Position numbers and translations under genes: made by a program
NCBI GenBank assembly: GCA_947593585.1
Contig: CANQDP010000006.1
Span: forward strand, 1,675-65,674
Length of the DNA stretch: 64,000 nt
Source: an uncultured Clostridia bacterium
Lineage (GTDB): Bacteria > Bacillota > Clostridia > Christensenellales > UBA1242
Direction of reading: 5' to 3'
The notes under the pieces: generated by a model
Database searches by the model: none
What the model was told of the DNA's origin: nothing
What the model saw: the letters and a program-made list of their open reading frames with translations, nothing else
Shown: positions 29,466 through 39,587 of the stretch, in pieces
Layout of the letters: each line of letters begins with the position of its first letter
Position numbering within the stretch: position 1 is the first letter of the stretch

Positions 29466-29523
29466 AACTTTCTCCTTATGATGAGTTTAAATTAAGTTTG
29501 GGTTATAGTCAAGAAAAAATGGG

Positions 29524-30129
29524 CTAATTGCCCAATTTAACTGATTTTAATATATAATATCCCTTATCTCTTGCTATAATTTCGCAGTTATTGAAAAGTG
29601 AAGTTAGGTGCTTTTTAAGGCTTTCCATGCCGAGATTTTTGCGGATAACCAAAATTAGCGGGGCACCAACTTTCATGTGCTCTTTTGCGCCTTCCATGAG
29701 TGAAAACAAAAGTGTTTTGCCCGTTTTGATTGGCGGATTTGACACAATAAAATCAAAACTGCCTTCAACCGCATTAAAACCATCGCTAACAAAGGCAACT
29801 GCGCTATGCTGCACATTATTTTTAATCAAATTTTGCTTTGTGAGGCTAACGGCAGTGGCGTTTATGTCCACCATTTGCATTGTTACGCCATAATGTTTAA
29901 TTAGTGCTATGCCTATCACTCCTAGCCCACAGCCTAAGTCTAATCCACAGCCAGAAAGGGTTTCATTTTTGGCTATCGCATTTAGAAGAGCACGCGTGCC
30001 ATCGTCTATCTTATCCTTTGAAAAAATGCTATCGCACGAGCGAAAGCATAATTCTAGACCTAGAACACCGTCTTTAAATTCAAAATAATCGTCTGCCGAA
30101 TGCGGCTTATCTATGAAATAGTGTTGCAT
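29524..30129 (-). CDS. Class I SAM-dependent methyltransferase (RsmC/RsmD-like MTS domain)
   Basis: GLDLGCGLGVIGIAL (motif I) and IVSNPPI (NPPY-like motif IV). Confidence 0.7.
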   Translation of the reverse strand: MQHYFIDKPHSADDYFEFKDGVLGLELCFRSCDSIFSKDKIDDGTRALLNAIAKNETLSGCGLDLGCGLGVIGIALIKHYGVTMQMVDINATAVSLTKQNLIKNNVQHSAVAFVSDGFNAVEGSFDFIVSNPPIKTGKTLLFSLMEGAKEHMKVGAPLILVIRKNLGMESLKKHLTSLFNNCEIIARDKGYYILKSVKLGN

Positions 30130-30134
30130 ATGGC

Positions 30135-30392
30135 TTATTTGCTATAGAAATTAGCCTCAACAGGCAAAACCATAACAATCATGCCAACTAAGATTAAGCA
30201 CAACCCAACAATGCGCAATGCCACATATAATGAATCGTTTTTATTAATTTCATCTTGCTTTCTAACAGCCATAGTAATTCTTTTAGCGGTTAGGCACAAA
30301 GCAACGCCGATAACTGCCAAAACAATGCCGATGATAACAGTGTATCGCAATAAAAACTGCAATGGATTTTCAAAAGATAACAAAGTGAACAT
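30135..30392 (-). CDS. Small 2-3 TM membrane protein
   Basis: 85-aa hydrophobic ORF, 5 nt downstream of the next gene's boundary. No family recognised. Confidence 0.4.
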   Translation of the reverse strand: MFTLLSFENPLQFLLRYTVIIGIVLAVIGVALCLTAKRITMAVRKQDEINKNDSLYVALRIVGLCLILVGMIVMVLPVEANFYSK

Positions 30393-30457
30393 AATTTATC
30401 TCCTTATTTGATATTGACATAATAACACAAAAATTTTAATTTGTCAATACCTAATCT

Positions 30458-31021
30458 TTATTTTTTATGATTAATTTTCATAATTGTTTTTGCATTTCTT
30501 GCAATAAAGTATAACTTAAATGCAACAGAAACAATCATTGTGAGCAAAATTGCGAATAATGCTATTTTTGTGATAAGTAAATAATATTTTGCCAAGATAA
30601 ATGCGCCCAAAGCCAAGCATTCAAACAACATATAGCAAAAATCCACTGCTTCAACAAACTCTGGCATCTTTTGGTCAAACAACAAGATATTTAAGATGTT
30701 GAAAGCAATCACTAGTGATATAACCGCTATTGCAAGAGGCTTGGTGATGCTATCCGCCAAAACGCCCGTGTTGATGAAATAAACCAAAATTGTGGTGAAA
30801 ACGGCAATGCTGCCCACCCCATCAATTATTGCATGAGTTTTGTTATTTCTATCCTTAAACAATTCAAGCCAGATTTTTGCAAGCAAAATGCAGGCTATAA
30901 ACAGACCCATCGACCACTTTGGAAGCAAATTTTCAGGCAAAAAAATCATTGGAAGCAGCGCAACCTCAACGGCAAATAAAATTTTAAAGAACGTGTCATT
31001 TTTAGTCATATTAATCTCCAA
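30458..31021 (-). CDS. Polytopic membrane protein (187 aa)
   Basis: 5-6 predicted TM helices. No family recognised. Confidence 0.45.
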   Translation of the reverse strand: MEINMTKNDTFFKILFAVEVALLPMIFLPENLLPKWSMGLFIACILLAKIWLELFKDRNNKTHAIIDGVGSIAVFTTILVYFINTGVLADSITKPLAIAVISLVIAFNILNILLFDQKMPEFVEAVDFCYMLFECLALGAFILAKYYLLITKIALFAILLTMIVSVAFKLYFIARNAKTIMKINHKK

Positions 31022-31164
31022 ACTTTTTATATTTTAGCAAAAAATTCAAAAAATAACAACTATTTTTATCACTTTTTTCACTCTCATCACCAAAAATTAA
31101 TTATCACATAGAATGACAATATGGAAAGGTTAAACCACATAGCCTCTTCCAAAAAGGAGAACGA

Positions 31165-32187
31165 ATGAAAAAAATTTCTATTTTATTAGTTATTTTCATC
31201 GGGTTATTTTCGGTGATGATGGCATCTTGTGGCAAGAAAAGCGACAATGTGCTACGCGTGAGCGAAGTTACCCACTCAGTTTTCTATGCCCCACTCTATG
31301 TGGCAATAAATAAAGGCTATTTTAAAGACGAGGGCTTAGAAATTGAATTAACTAATGCTGGTGGCAGTGATGCTGTGCTGACCTCTCTGACCTCTAATTC
31401 GGCAGATATTGGGCTTATGGGTCCGGAATCTACTATATTTGTGAGGAACAACGGCATGAAAGATGCCCCAAAAATCTTTGCTCAACTAACAAAATGCGAC
31501 GGCTCATTCTTGGTGGGCAGACCGGGTGTGGACAACGCAGACACATTTAGTTGGGAAAATCTTGCCGGCGCACACATAATTGCTGGCAGACGCGGCGGAA
31601 TGCCTGCTATGACTTTGCAGTATATTTTAGAGAAAAATTATAATCTAAAAACAGGTGCAGAACTTGGCGATGGTGTGGATGTGAAATTTGACACATCGAT
31701 TGCTTTTGACATGGTTATTCCAACATTTATTGCGGGCACAGGCAATTATTGCACTATGTTTGAGCCATCTGCTAGCCAATGCGTACAGGACAACACGGGT
31801 GTGATTGTTGCTGCTTTGGGCGACGAGGTGAAAGATGTGCCGTACACCTGCTTCGTGGCTAATCAAAAATTTATCAACAACAATAGCGATAAAATTGAAA
31901 AATTTATGCGCGCACTTAAAAAAGGATATGATTATATCGTTGATAGTGCACGAACAGATGAGGAAATTGTGGCCGCTCTAAAACCTTCATTTAACACAAC
32001 TAGCGATAGCCTGATTTTATCTTCTGTGAAAAACTATATCAAAATTGGTGCTTATGCTGATAGTTTTGTGCTAAAACAAAGCTCTTGGGATGTGCTTCAA
32101 GAGATTATGGACAATGCCGGCGAATTAAAAGCGCGAGTGAACTATAATGATGTGGTTATCACTTCATTTGCAAACGCAGTTGAATAA
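31165..32187 (+). CDS. ABC transporter substrate-binding lipoprotein (NMT1/THI5-like, NitT/TauT family)
   Basis: Lipobox VMMASC. VTHSVFYAPLYVAINKGYFKDEGL is typical of NMT1-type binding proteins. GGAG RBS. Confidence 0.75.
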   Translation: MKKISILLVIFIGLFSVMMASCGKKSDNVLRVSEVTHSVFYAPLYVAINKGYFKDEGLEIELTNAGGSDAVLTSLTSNSADIGLMGPESTIFVRNNGMKDAPKIFAQLTKCDGSFLVGRPGVDNADTFSWENLAGAHIIAGRRGGMPAMTLQYILEKNYNLKTGAELGDGVDVKFDTSIAFDMVIPTFIAGTGNYCTMFEPSASQCVQDNTGVIVAALGDEVKDVPYTCFVANQKFINNNSDKIEKFMRALKKGYDYIVDSARTDEEIVAALKPSFNTTSDSLILSSVKNYIKIGAYADSFVLKQSSWDVLQEIMDNAGELKARVNYNDVVITSFANAVE

Positions 32188-32957
32188 TGGAATTTGTTTC
32201 AATAAAAAACCTAACCCTAATTTATCAAAGCCTAAAAGATGAAACCAAAGCACTAGACGATATAAGTTTTGAAATTCAAAAGCACGACTTCGTTTCAATC
32301 GTTGGGCCATCTGGCTGTGGGAAAACCACTATTTTATCGCTTATTTCGGGTCTAATTAAGCCAACAACTGGGTCAATTTCGGTGGAAGGCAAACAGCCTA
32401 ACACAAAAGACGATGTTTGCGGATATATGTTTCAGCGAGATAACCTTCTGCCCTGGCGAAACATTGAAAAGAACATCTATTTTGGGCTAGAAATTAAAAG
32501 GCAAAAGGATAAGGAAAGAAAGGCTTATGCTCTTGCGCTTGCAAAAAAATATGGGATTGCGGACTTTTTGAAGAAATATCCTAATGAATTAAGCGGTGGC
32601 ATGAGGCAAAGAGTTGCTTTAATTCGCACACTTGCACTGAAGCCAGAACTCTTGCTTTTAGATGAGCCTTTTAGTGCGCTCGACTATCAAACAAGGCTTT
32701 CACTTTGTGATGACATTTATAGCATCATAAAAAAAGAGCAAAAAACGGCAATTTTGGTTACTCATGACATTCAAGAAGCAATAAGCATGTCAAACAAAAT
32801 TATCGTTTTAAGTGCAAGACCCGCTAAAATTAAAGCCATACACACGCTAGACTTTGATGAGAGTTTGACCCCTTTCGAGCGTAGAAATTCCAGCAAGGCA
32901 AAAAAACTATTCTCTATTATTTGGCAGGAAATTCAAGATGAAAATAAAGAAATTTAG
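32187..32957 (+). CDS. ABC transporter ATP-binding protein (NitT/TauT family)
   Basis: Walker A GPSGCGKTT, signature LSGGMRQR and Walker B LLLLDEPF. Confidence 0.9.
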   Translation: MEFVSIKNLTLIYQSLKDETKALDDISFEIQKHDFVSIVGPSGCGKTTILSLISGLIKPTTGSISVEGKQPNTKDDVCGYMFQRDNLLPWRNIEKNIYFGLEIKRQKDKERKAYALALAKKYGIADFLKKYPNELSGGMRQRVALIRTLALKPELLLLDEPFSALDYQTRLSLCDDIYSIIKKEQKTAILVTHDIQEAISMSNKIIVLSARPAKIKAIHTLDFDESLTPFERRNSSKAKKLFSIIWQEIQDENKEI

Positions 32958-33738
32958 CAAAGAGCACTATGACTATCTAAAAAAACACCACACTAAAAAA
33001 GCGTTTGTGTTGTTCACCCAAATTTCCCTTCTTTTAATCTTCATTTTGGGCTGGCAACTGCTAACAAAATTTGAAATTATAAGTTCTTTCTTCTTTTCTA
33101 GCCCATCAACTGTGGCAAATATGATTGGTGAGTTATGGAAAAGTGGCGAACTCTTATATCATGCCAAGATAACCTTAACTGAAACACTGGTCGGCTTTGC
33201 AATAGCATCGGGCATCGGCTTTTTGGTGGCATTCATTTTGTGGTGCAACAACTTCTTACGGCGCGTTAGCGAGCCATATATAGTTGTTTTGAATTCGCTA
33301 CCCAAAATTGCTCTTGGCCCAATTATCATAATTTGGTTTGGTGCGGGCAATAAAGCTATTATATTTATGTGCGTGTTGATTGTGGTGATTGTAACGATTT
33401 TAAACATATTAAATTCGTTTACGAGTTGCGACAGTCAACTGCTAGCCTTAGGCTCCTCACTTGGAGCAAACAAAATTCAAATATTCTTCAAAATTGTGTT
33501 ACCGAACTCAATTAAGGATATAATTTCCACCCTTAAAGTGAATGTTGGTCTAAGTTGGATTGGCTCAATTATGGGCGAAATGCTAGTTAGCCGTGCAGGA
33601 CTTGGATATTTGCTGACATACGGAAAACAAGTGGCAAACATGCACTTGGTGATGACTGCGACCGTGGTTTTGTGCGTGTTGGCAAGTTTGATGTATTTTG
33701 CCGTGGCCTTAATTGAAAAGATAATTCAAAAGAGATAG
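32938..33738 (+). CDS. ABC transporter permease (NitT/TauT family)
   Basis: 6 TM helices and an EAA-like loop. It overlaps the ATPase gene by 20 nt. Confidence 0.8.
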   Translation: MKIKKFSKEHYDYLKKHHTKKAFVLFTQISLLLIFILGWQLLTKFEIISSFFFSSPSTVANMIGELWKSGELLYHAKITLTETLVGFAIASGIGFLVAFILWCNNFLRRVSEPYIVVLNSLPKIALGPIIIIWFGAGNKAIIFMCVLIVVIVTILNILNSFTSCDSQLLALGSSLGANKIQIFFKIVLPNSIKDIISTLKVNVGLSWIGSIMGEMLVSRAGLGYLLTYGKQVANMHLVMTATVVLCVLASLMYFAVALIEKIIQKR

Positions 33739-33754
33739 AGTTTGATTTTAATAT

Positions 33755-33781
33755 AAAAAAACTGCCTTTTGGCAGTTTTTT
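33755..33781. terminator. Bidirectional terminator, AAAAACTGCC-nnnn-GGCAGTTTTT module (copy 2)
   Basis: aaaaaaactgcc-tttt-ggcagttttttat. The ftsZ stop codon lies in the T-tract. Confidence 0.65.
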
Positions 33782-34946
33782 ATTTCCTTAATTTTCTCAA
33801 GAATGGAGGAATATCCTCTTCATCAACAACCGGACGTTTGCTAGCGATTGAAATATCTTCAACCTTATCGTCATGATGAGGTGGCTCGGCAGGGTTTGTT
33901 GGCTCTTCCCTCTTAGGCTCTTCTCTAACCTCAGTGAAAGCCTTGAAATCAGCGCGATTTTCACTAAATTTAGGCTCATCTTCAACCTTTTTTGGCTCTT
34001 TCTTCTCAAAACCTGTGGCGATAACGGTGATTTCAGTTTCCCCGTTTGTGTCGTTATTAATTTTTGCACCAAAGATTATGTTGCAATCCTTATCTGCAAC
34101 ATCTCTCACAAGGTCAACGGCGTCATACACTTCACTTAGTGTTAAATCTCTGCCACCTGTGATGTTTATCAAAATGCCTGTGGCACCCTCAATGTTTGTT
34201 TCTAATAATTGGCTATTAACCGCTTGACGCACTGCTTCAATCGTCTTATTTTCGCCCCTGCCTTTGCCTATGCCCATGTGTGCAATGCCCTTATCTCGCA
34301 TTATGGTGGACACATCGGCAAAGTCTAAGTTAATTAAGCCGGGCACTGAAATTAATTCACTCAAACCTTGAATTGCTTGATGCAGCACATCGTCCGCATA
34401 TCTAAAAGCGTCAACAAATGAAACTTCTTTATTGAAAATTGTATAGAGTTTTTCGTTTGGAATAACCACAAGAGAATCCACATACTCTTTCATCTCTTGG
34501 ATGCCTCTCTCTGCATTTGCTGCACGCCTTGGACCTTCAAACTTGAAAGGTTTTGTTACCACGCCGATTGTTAAAATGCCCATTTCACGCGCCAATTTGG
34601 CGATAACAGGTGCTGCACCATTGCCTGTGCCACCACCTAAGCCTGTGGTGATAAATAGAAGGTCTGTGTCTTGCAACATTTTTCTCAAATCTTCAATGCT
34701 CTCTTCTGCCGCAGCCTTGCCCACATCTGGATTTGAACCGGCGCCCAAGCCACGAGTGAGTTTTGCTCCTATTTGAATAGTTTCGTCCGCATTAGACATG
34801 GACAAATCTTGTTTATCTGTGTTTACAGCCACAAAATAAACACCTTTGATGCCAGATGCCACCATTCTATTGATTGCGTTATTTCCGCCACCGCCAACGC
34901 CAACGACTTTTATTTTGCACACATTTGAAAAATCATAATTATTCAT
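33780..34946 (-). CDS. ftsZ: Cell division protein FtsZ
   Basis: VVGVGGGGNNAINRM, GLGGGTGNGAAPVIA and a C-terminal DIPPFLRK peptide. Confidence 0.95.
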   Translation of the reverse strand: MNNYDFSNVCKIKVVGVGGGGNNAINRMVASGIKGVYFVAVNTDKQDLSMSNADETIQIGAKLTRGLGAGSNPDVGKAAAEESIEDLRKMLQDTDLLFITTGLGGGTGNGAAPVIAKLAREMGILTIGVVTKPFKFEGPRRAANAERGIQEMKEYVDSLVVIPNEKLYTIFNKEVSFVDAFRYADDVLHQAIQGLSELISVPGLINLDFADVSTIMRDKGIAHMGIGKGRGENKTIEAVRQAVNSQLLETNIEGATGILINITGGRDLTLSEVYDAVDLVRDVADKDCNIIFGAKINNDTNGETEITVIATGFEKKEPKKVEDEPKFSENRADFKAFTEVREEPKREEPTNPAEPPHHDDKVEDISIASKRPVVDEEDIPPFLRKLRK

Positions 34947-34955
34947 AAAACCCTC

Positions 34956-36065
34956 CTATATTACAATTTCGGCAAGCGCTGCCAAACCTGTTTTTGATGT
35001 TTGATAGCGATTTTGAGAATTATCAAACGGAATTGCATATTCAACAACTTCTAACCCCGTAACTCGCTTGATAATGTTTTTAACACCCTTGAAGTGAGAA
35101 ATTCCATCTCCTGTAAGATAAATTGTGATGCCCTTAAACGCATCGTCTATCGACAAAATCTCGCCAATAACCTTTGAAATAATTTCAATTCTGCTCTTCA
35201 CTATTTGATTGGTCATGTTGATTGGTGCTTTAATTAAATTGCCTTTTGAGCAAATTTCATAACTTTCGTTTTTGTTGCTTTCAACGGTTAAAATAACCTT
35301 TCGTTTGATTAATTCAGCGTCTTTAAAACTAAGCCCAAGAATTTGCATTAGGTCGCTAGAAATGTGCCCGCCTCCCATCGAGAACGAACTTAACAAGGCA
35401 AGGCCTTCACCTTTGAGCACGCAGACGCTTGTGGAAATGTGCCCCACATCTACCACTGCGAACGGCTTAACTTTTTCTTTTGCAATTTCGCAATCTATTG
35501 CCTGACCCAACGCTGTGGAAATGAAATCCACTTCAAGTATGTTTAGATTTTTAAATAATCCAATAAACAGATTGATGAAAGACCGCTTCGCTAATATGTA
35601 ACTCGCATCTAAAACCAAACTTGTTGATTTAAGCCCGATTGGTGTGAGCGTTTTAACTTCATCGTCTAACACAAATTGCATAGGGCTAAAGTTTATGACG
35701 GAATACTCTTCACTATCGCCAAAACTTTCGTTTGTTTCAAAAAGGTCTTTCACATCAAAGTCGGTTATCTTATGAAGAGTGGCAAATTTTCTTGAGATGC
35801 GCTTGCACACGCACACGCAAAATTCACTCGGCACTCCAACCACTATAGACTTGATAGGTTTGCGCGTTTTGGATGACATATTCAAAAGCAACTCACTAAG
35901 GCAACCTTCAAGGCTGGACGGAGATAAAAAATCACCATCAATATAGCCATCATACAAAACCGTTTCTTCTGCCACAATCTGCTTCTTGCCCATAAAAGAA
36001 GCAACAGCGATAAGCCGCAAACAAGAAGAGCCAATGTCTAAAATGTACTTCAAATTATTAAGCAC
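34956..36065 (-). CDS. ftsA: Cell division protein FtsA-like (actin-fold ATPase)
   Basis: ILDIGSSCLRLIAV phosphate-1 motif and VVDVGHISTSV. It lies immediately upstream of ftsZ. GTG start at 36065 has GAGGGG 7 nt upstream. Confidence 0.75.
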   Translation of the reverse strand: MLNNLKYILDIGSSCLRLIAVASFMGKKQIVAEETVLYDGYIDGDFLSPSSLEGCLSELLLNMSSKTRKPIKSIVVGVPSEFCVCVCKRISRKFATLHKITDFDVKDLFETNESFGDSEEYSVINFSPMQFVLDDEVKTLTPIGLKSTSLVLDASYILAKRSFINLFIGLFKNLNILEVDFISTALGQAIDCEIAKEKVKPFAVVDVGHISTSVCVLKGEGLALLSSFSMGGGHISSDLMQILGLSFKDAELIKRKVILTVESNKNESYEICSKGNLIKAPINMTNQIVKSRIEIISKVIGEILSIDDAFKGITIYLTGDGISHFKGVKNIIKRVTGLEVVEYAIPFDNSQNRYQTSKTGLAALAEIVI

Positions 36066-36093
36066 TTTTTAACCCCTCATTTTTTCATTTAAA

Positions 36094-36122
36094 ATTATAC
36101 AAAAAAGCCTTTGCAATGTCAA
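36094..36122 (-). promoter_or_regulatory. Consensus sigma-A promoter for ftsA-ftsZ
   Basis: TTGACA (rc 36117-36122), a 17-nt spacer, then TATAAT (rc 36094-36099). Confidence 0.55.
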
Positions 36123-36237
36123 GCAAATTTATCAAGTTTCTAATTTTTGTGAGTTACCACATGATTTTGTATAATTAATATTTAAAACACACAATATGTG
36201 CAGTGGGGTATAGACTAAAAATTTTTATATTTTAAAA

Positions 36238-37161
36238 CTAATTTGCCAGATAATAGGCTCTTTCTTGCCAATTATCATCATACTCAACAACCACTTTGCC
36301 TGATGCCGAACTCGTGGTTTCGTCCGCATCATTATCTAATTGCGACACAACATCAAAGCACAAATTCACCTTTCTAAGCAAATCTGTTTCAGGCTGCGCT
36401 ATATCTATCTTCACGCCATATTTGGTGGTGATAACCAAGCGATGATAATCTTTATCTTTATTGCCAACAACGAACTCTATCATTTTGATAAAGTTGCCCA
36501 TATCTTGGCGTTCGCAATATCTAATTTCGCCACTATCAAGCAGCTCACTTTTGTTGCCTTCTGCCTGCCCTAACCAAAGTTCACCAGCCTCGTCAACCAA
36601 CACACTACGATAGACAGACACATATAAACTGCTAACAACGCTTTGATAATAACTATCGCCAACAAATTCACCAAGTTGTGTGTTGTTGTTTATGCCCAAA
36701 AAGTTTTGATTTACAAGTTCGCCTTTAGAATCCAATATCGTTTTGTCTATTTCAATTAACCCTTCTAGGTCTTGCTCCGCACTGCTCTTTGTGAGCACTT
36801 TTAGGTCTTCATCCAAAATGAAGCAATTCTCCTTATCCGCCCGATAATAGAACATTTGGTGGCGTGAAGTTACAGTGATTTCGATAGTTATTGCACTTTT
36901 GATTGAGATCTGCACAACCTTCACAAATGGATATGCCTTTTCAATGTTTTCTCTCGCCTCGTCAGTGTTTAAAAACAAGGTGGAACGCCCGTTTTTTAAG
37001 CCCCCTGCCTTCACTATATCTTCACTGCCTATGCCAACATCATCAAGATAAATCACATTTTGGTGATGCAAACGAAAAACCACGCCAAACAAAATGATAA
37101 ACAGCAATAAAATTGCCGAAATGATTGAAATTGAGATTATTGCACCTTTTCTTTTGCTCAT
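36238..37161 (-). CDS. ftsQ: FtsQ/DivIB-type cell division protein
   Basis: N-terminal TM, a POTRA-like segment (IEKAYPFVKVVQISIKSAITIEITV), and its dcw position before ftsA. Confidence 0.6.
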   Translation of the reverse strand: MSKRKGAIISISIISAILLLFIILFGVVFRLHHQNVIYLDDVGIGSEDIVKAGGLKNGRSTLFLNTDEARENIEKAYPFVKVVQISIKSAITIEITVTSRHQMFYYRADKENCFILDEDLKVLTKSSAEQDLEGLIEIDKTILDSKGELVNQNFLGINNNTQLGEFVGDSYYQSVVSSLYVSVYRSVLVDEAGELWLGQAEGNKSELLDSGEIRYCERQDMGNFIKMIEFVVGNKDKDYHRLVITTKYGVKIDIAQPETDLLRKVNLCFDVVSQLDNDADETTSSASGKVVVEYDDNWQERAYYLAN

Positions 37162-38423
37162 TCTCTTTTGATATCCGCTCCTAATTTTGCAAACATTTTT
37201 TCCAAACTTTCATAGCCCCTATCTATATAGTGCACAGAAGAGACTTCGCTCTGCCCTTTAATGCCAAGAGAAGCCAGAACCAAACTTGCCCCACCTCTCA
37301 AATCTCGGGCAATGAGACTCACTGCAGCCAAATTTTGCGCACTTATTTCAACTTCATTTTGCGATAGATATTTTATCTCCGCTCCCAATTTTTCCAATTC
37401 GCTAGCTATTAAAAAGCGATTTTCAAACACAATCTCTTTCACACGATTTTTCGCCGGCAAGAAAATTGACAAAGCAAGCATTTGTGATTGCAAGTCGGTT
37501 GGAAAAGCGGGATAAAACCCCGTTGAAATTCGGTTGAAAGGCATTAGGCTGTTTTGTTTAGATATTGTTAGTATATCATTTTTTGTGTCTATTTTGCAAC
37601 CTATTCGACATAAAATTTCAATTAATTTTTTATTGTGGCTCGGCTCAACATTTTCCAAACTAACTTTTCCGCCACAAATTGCCACGGCAATCATAATTGT
37701 GCCCGCCACTATTCTATCCCCAATCGGCTTATACTTCACCCCTTTTAGATTTGCTTGGCCATAAATTGTTATTTTTTTGCCACCCGCACCAACAATTTTT
37801 GCTCCCATAGCATTTAGAAAATGGCACAAATCCACAACTTCGGGCTCTCGCGCAGCATTAATTATTGTGGTTTTACCGGGCAATTTGCATGCAAACTGAA
37901 CTAAGTTTTCAGTTGCGCCAACACTTGGAAGTTTTAATTCAACACTTCCAGCGTGGGCGTGCGTGGCATCAAAAAATAATTGGTCGCCGAAGGTTTTGAC
38001 CTCCACACCTAAACTTTTTAGAGAATTTATATGTATATCTATTGGGCGAGCGCCTATTTTGCACCCGCCCGGAAGTGAAATTGTGGTGGTTTTAAACCTC
38101 GAAAGAGTTGAGCCCAGCAAAAAAATTGACGACCGCATCGATTTAATCAAGCGGCAATCAATTTTTGAATTACTGGCTTGAGATGGGTTGAGCACATAGT
38201 TTTTGCCATGCTTTGACACTTTGACATTTAATTTGCGCATTATTGCCAGCATATTGCTCACATCTGTTATCTGCGGGCAGTTTACAAGTTCAACATCTCC
38301 CTCGTCCGCTAAAAGGCTTGCCGATATGATGGGCAAAACGGCATTCTTTGAAGTTTGCACAACAATCTTTCCATGCAACTCTTTTCCGCCATTTATTATA
38401 AATTTATCCTTTTTGTTTTTCAT
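37158..38423 (-). CDS. murA: UDP-N-acetylglucosamine 1-carboxyvinyltransferase
   Basis: INGGKELHGKIVVQTSKNAVLPIISASLLA and the LPGGCKIGARPIDIH active-site loop with Cys. Confidence 0.9.
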   Translation of the reverse strand: MKNKKDKFIINGGKELHGKIVVQTSKNAVLPIISASLLADEGDVELVNCPQITDVSNMLAIMRKLNVKVSKHGKNYVLNPSQASNSKIDCRLIKSMRSSIFLLGSTLSRFKTTTISLPGGCKIGARPIDIHINSLKSLGVEVKTFGDQLFFDATHAHAGSVELKLPSVGATENLVQFACKLPGKTTIINAAREPEVVDLCHFLNAMGAKIVGAGGKKITIYGQANLKGVKYKPIGDRIVAGTIMIAVAICGGKVSLENVEPSHNKKLIEILCRIGCKIDTKNDILTISKQNSLMPFNRISTGFYPAFPTDLQSQMLALSIFLPAKNRVKEIVFENRFLIASELEKLGAEIKYLSQNEVEISAQNLAAVSLIARDLRGGASLVLASLGIKGQSEVSSVHYIDRGYESLEKMFAKLGADIKRE

Positions 38424-38459
38424 ATTGCAGTATATGAAAAAATTTGTTCTTTTGCAATT

Positions 38460-39587
38460 TTAGTTTGGCTTAAACCTGATTTTGCTTTGCTGAATTTCTT
38501 TTTCTGTTTGCCTTGCCACATTTAGCACCACACCTATTGCAGACATAAACACCAAAAGAGATGTGCTTCCCGCACTTATTAGTGGCAACGGCAACCCAGT
38601 TGGCGGAATAGAGCCTGTAACCACCGCAATATTTAAAATCACTTGAATTGAGATAATTGCAGCAATGCCAAAACAAAGGAAGGCTGAGAATTTATTATTT
38701 GCCCTTGCCCCCACTTTAAAGATTGAAACAATCAACAAAACAAACACCACGCAAAGTGCCAAACATCCAACAAAGCCAAGTTCTTCTGCTATTATTGAAA
38801 ATATAAAGTCTGATTCACTAAACGGCAAAAACAACTCTGCCTGCCTGCTATTGAAAAGTCCAACACCCCACAATCCTCCGCTGCCTATTGCGTATAATGA
38901 TTGAATAAGTTGATAACCTTCATCTAGTGGGTTTTGCCAAGGATTTAAAAATGCCACAATGCGGTTAAGCCTATAAGGCTCTATCATTATTAATAAGATA
39001 ACTAGCGCTATTGCGGGCACAGACAACGCACCAAACACCTTTAATCGCATTCCGCCTATAAATAGCATAAAAATCAAAGTGAATGCCACGCACATGGTTA
39101 TTGACATGTTTGGTTCAAGCATTATTAAAACGCAATAAATTCCGCCCAAACTTAGTGTGATTATCACATTTTTAATTTTTGATAGTTTATCGCCATCTGC
39201 TAAAAAACCTGCCAAAAAGAAAACCAAACAAAATTTTGAAATTTCGCTCGGTTGCATGGTAAATCCTCCCACTCCTATCCAGCGGGTTGCACCAAAACTA
39301 GTTTTGCCAAGCCCAGGCACAAAAACCAAACACAAAAATATAATACCAACAATATAGAATAACCAATAAAACTTCTTATAAATTTTATGATTGATAAATG
39401 CGCATATGGTTAAGCCCGCTAACCCTATTATTACGCCGATTATTTGTTTTTTTAAATAAAACATTGCATCGCCAAAATTCACCTGCGCCGAATATTTGCT
39501 CGCGCTATAAACCATAACGCAACCAAATGAGGCAAGCAATAAGGTGCAAATTATTATGATAATGCCATCCTTATTCTTTATCCGCAT
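38460..39587 (-). CDS. ftsW: SEDS-family peptidoglycan polymerase FtsW/SpoVE
   Basis: 10-TM SEDS pattern, QPSEISKF and SDFIFSIIAEELG motifs. Confidence 0.85.
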   Translation of the reverse strand: MRIKNKDGIIIIICTLLLASFGCVMVYSASKYSAQVNFGDAMFYLKKQIIGVIIGLAGLTICAFINHKIYKKFYWLFYIVGIIFLCLVFVPGLGKTSFGATRWIGVGGFTMQPSEISKFCLVFFLAGFLADGDKLSKIKNVIITLSLGGIYCVLIMLEPNMSITMCVAFTLIFMLFIGGMRLKVFGALSVPAIALVILLIMIEPYRLNRIVAFLNPWQNPLDEGYQLIQSLYAIGSGGLWGVGLFNSRQAELFLPFSESDFIFSIIAEELGFVGCLALCVVFVLLIVSIFKVGARANNKFSAFLCFGIAAIISIQVILNIAVVTGSIPPTGLPLPLISAGSTSLLVFMSAIGVVLNVARQTEKEIQQSKIRFKPN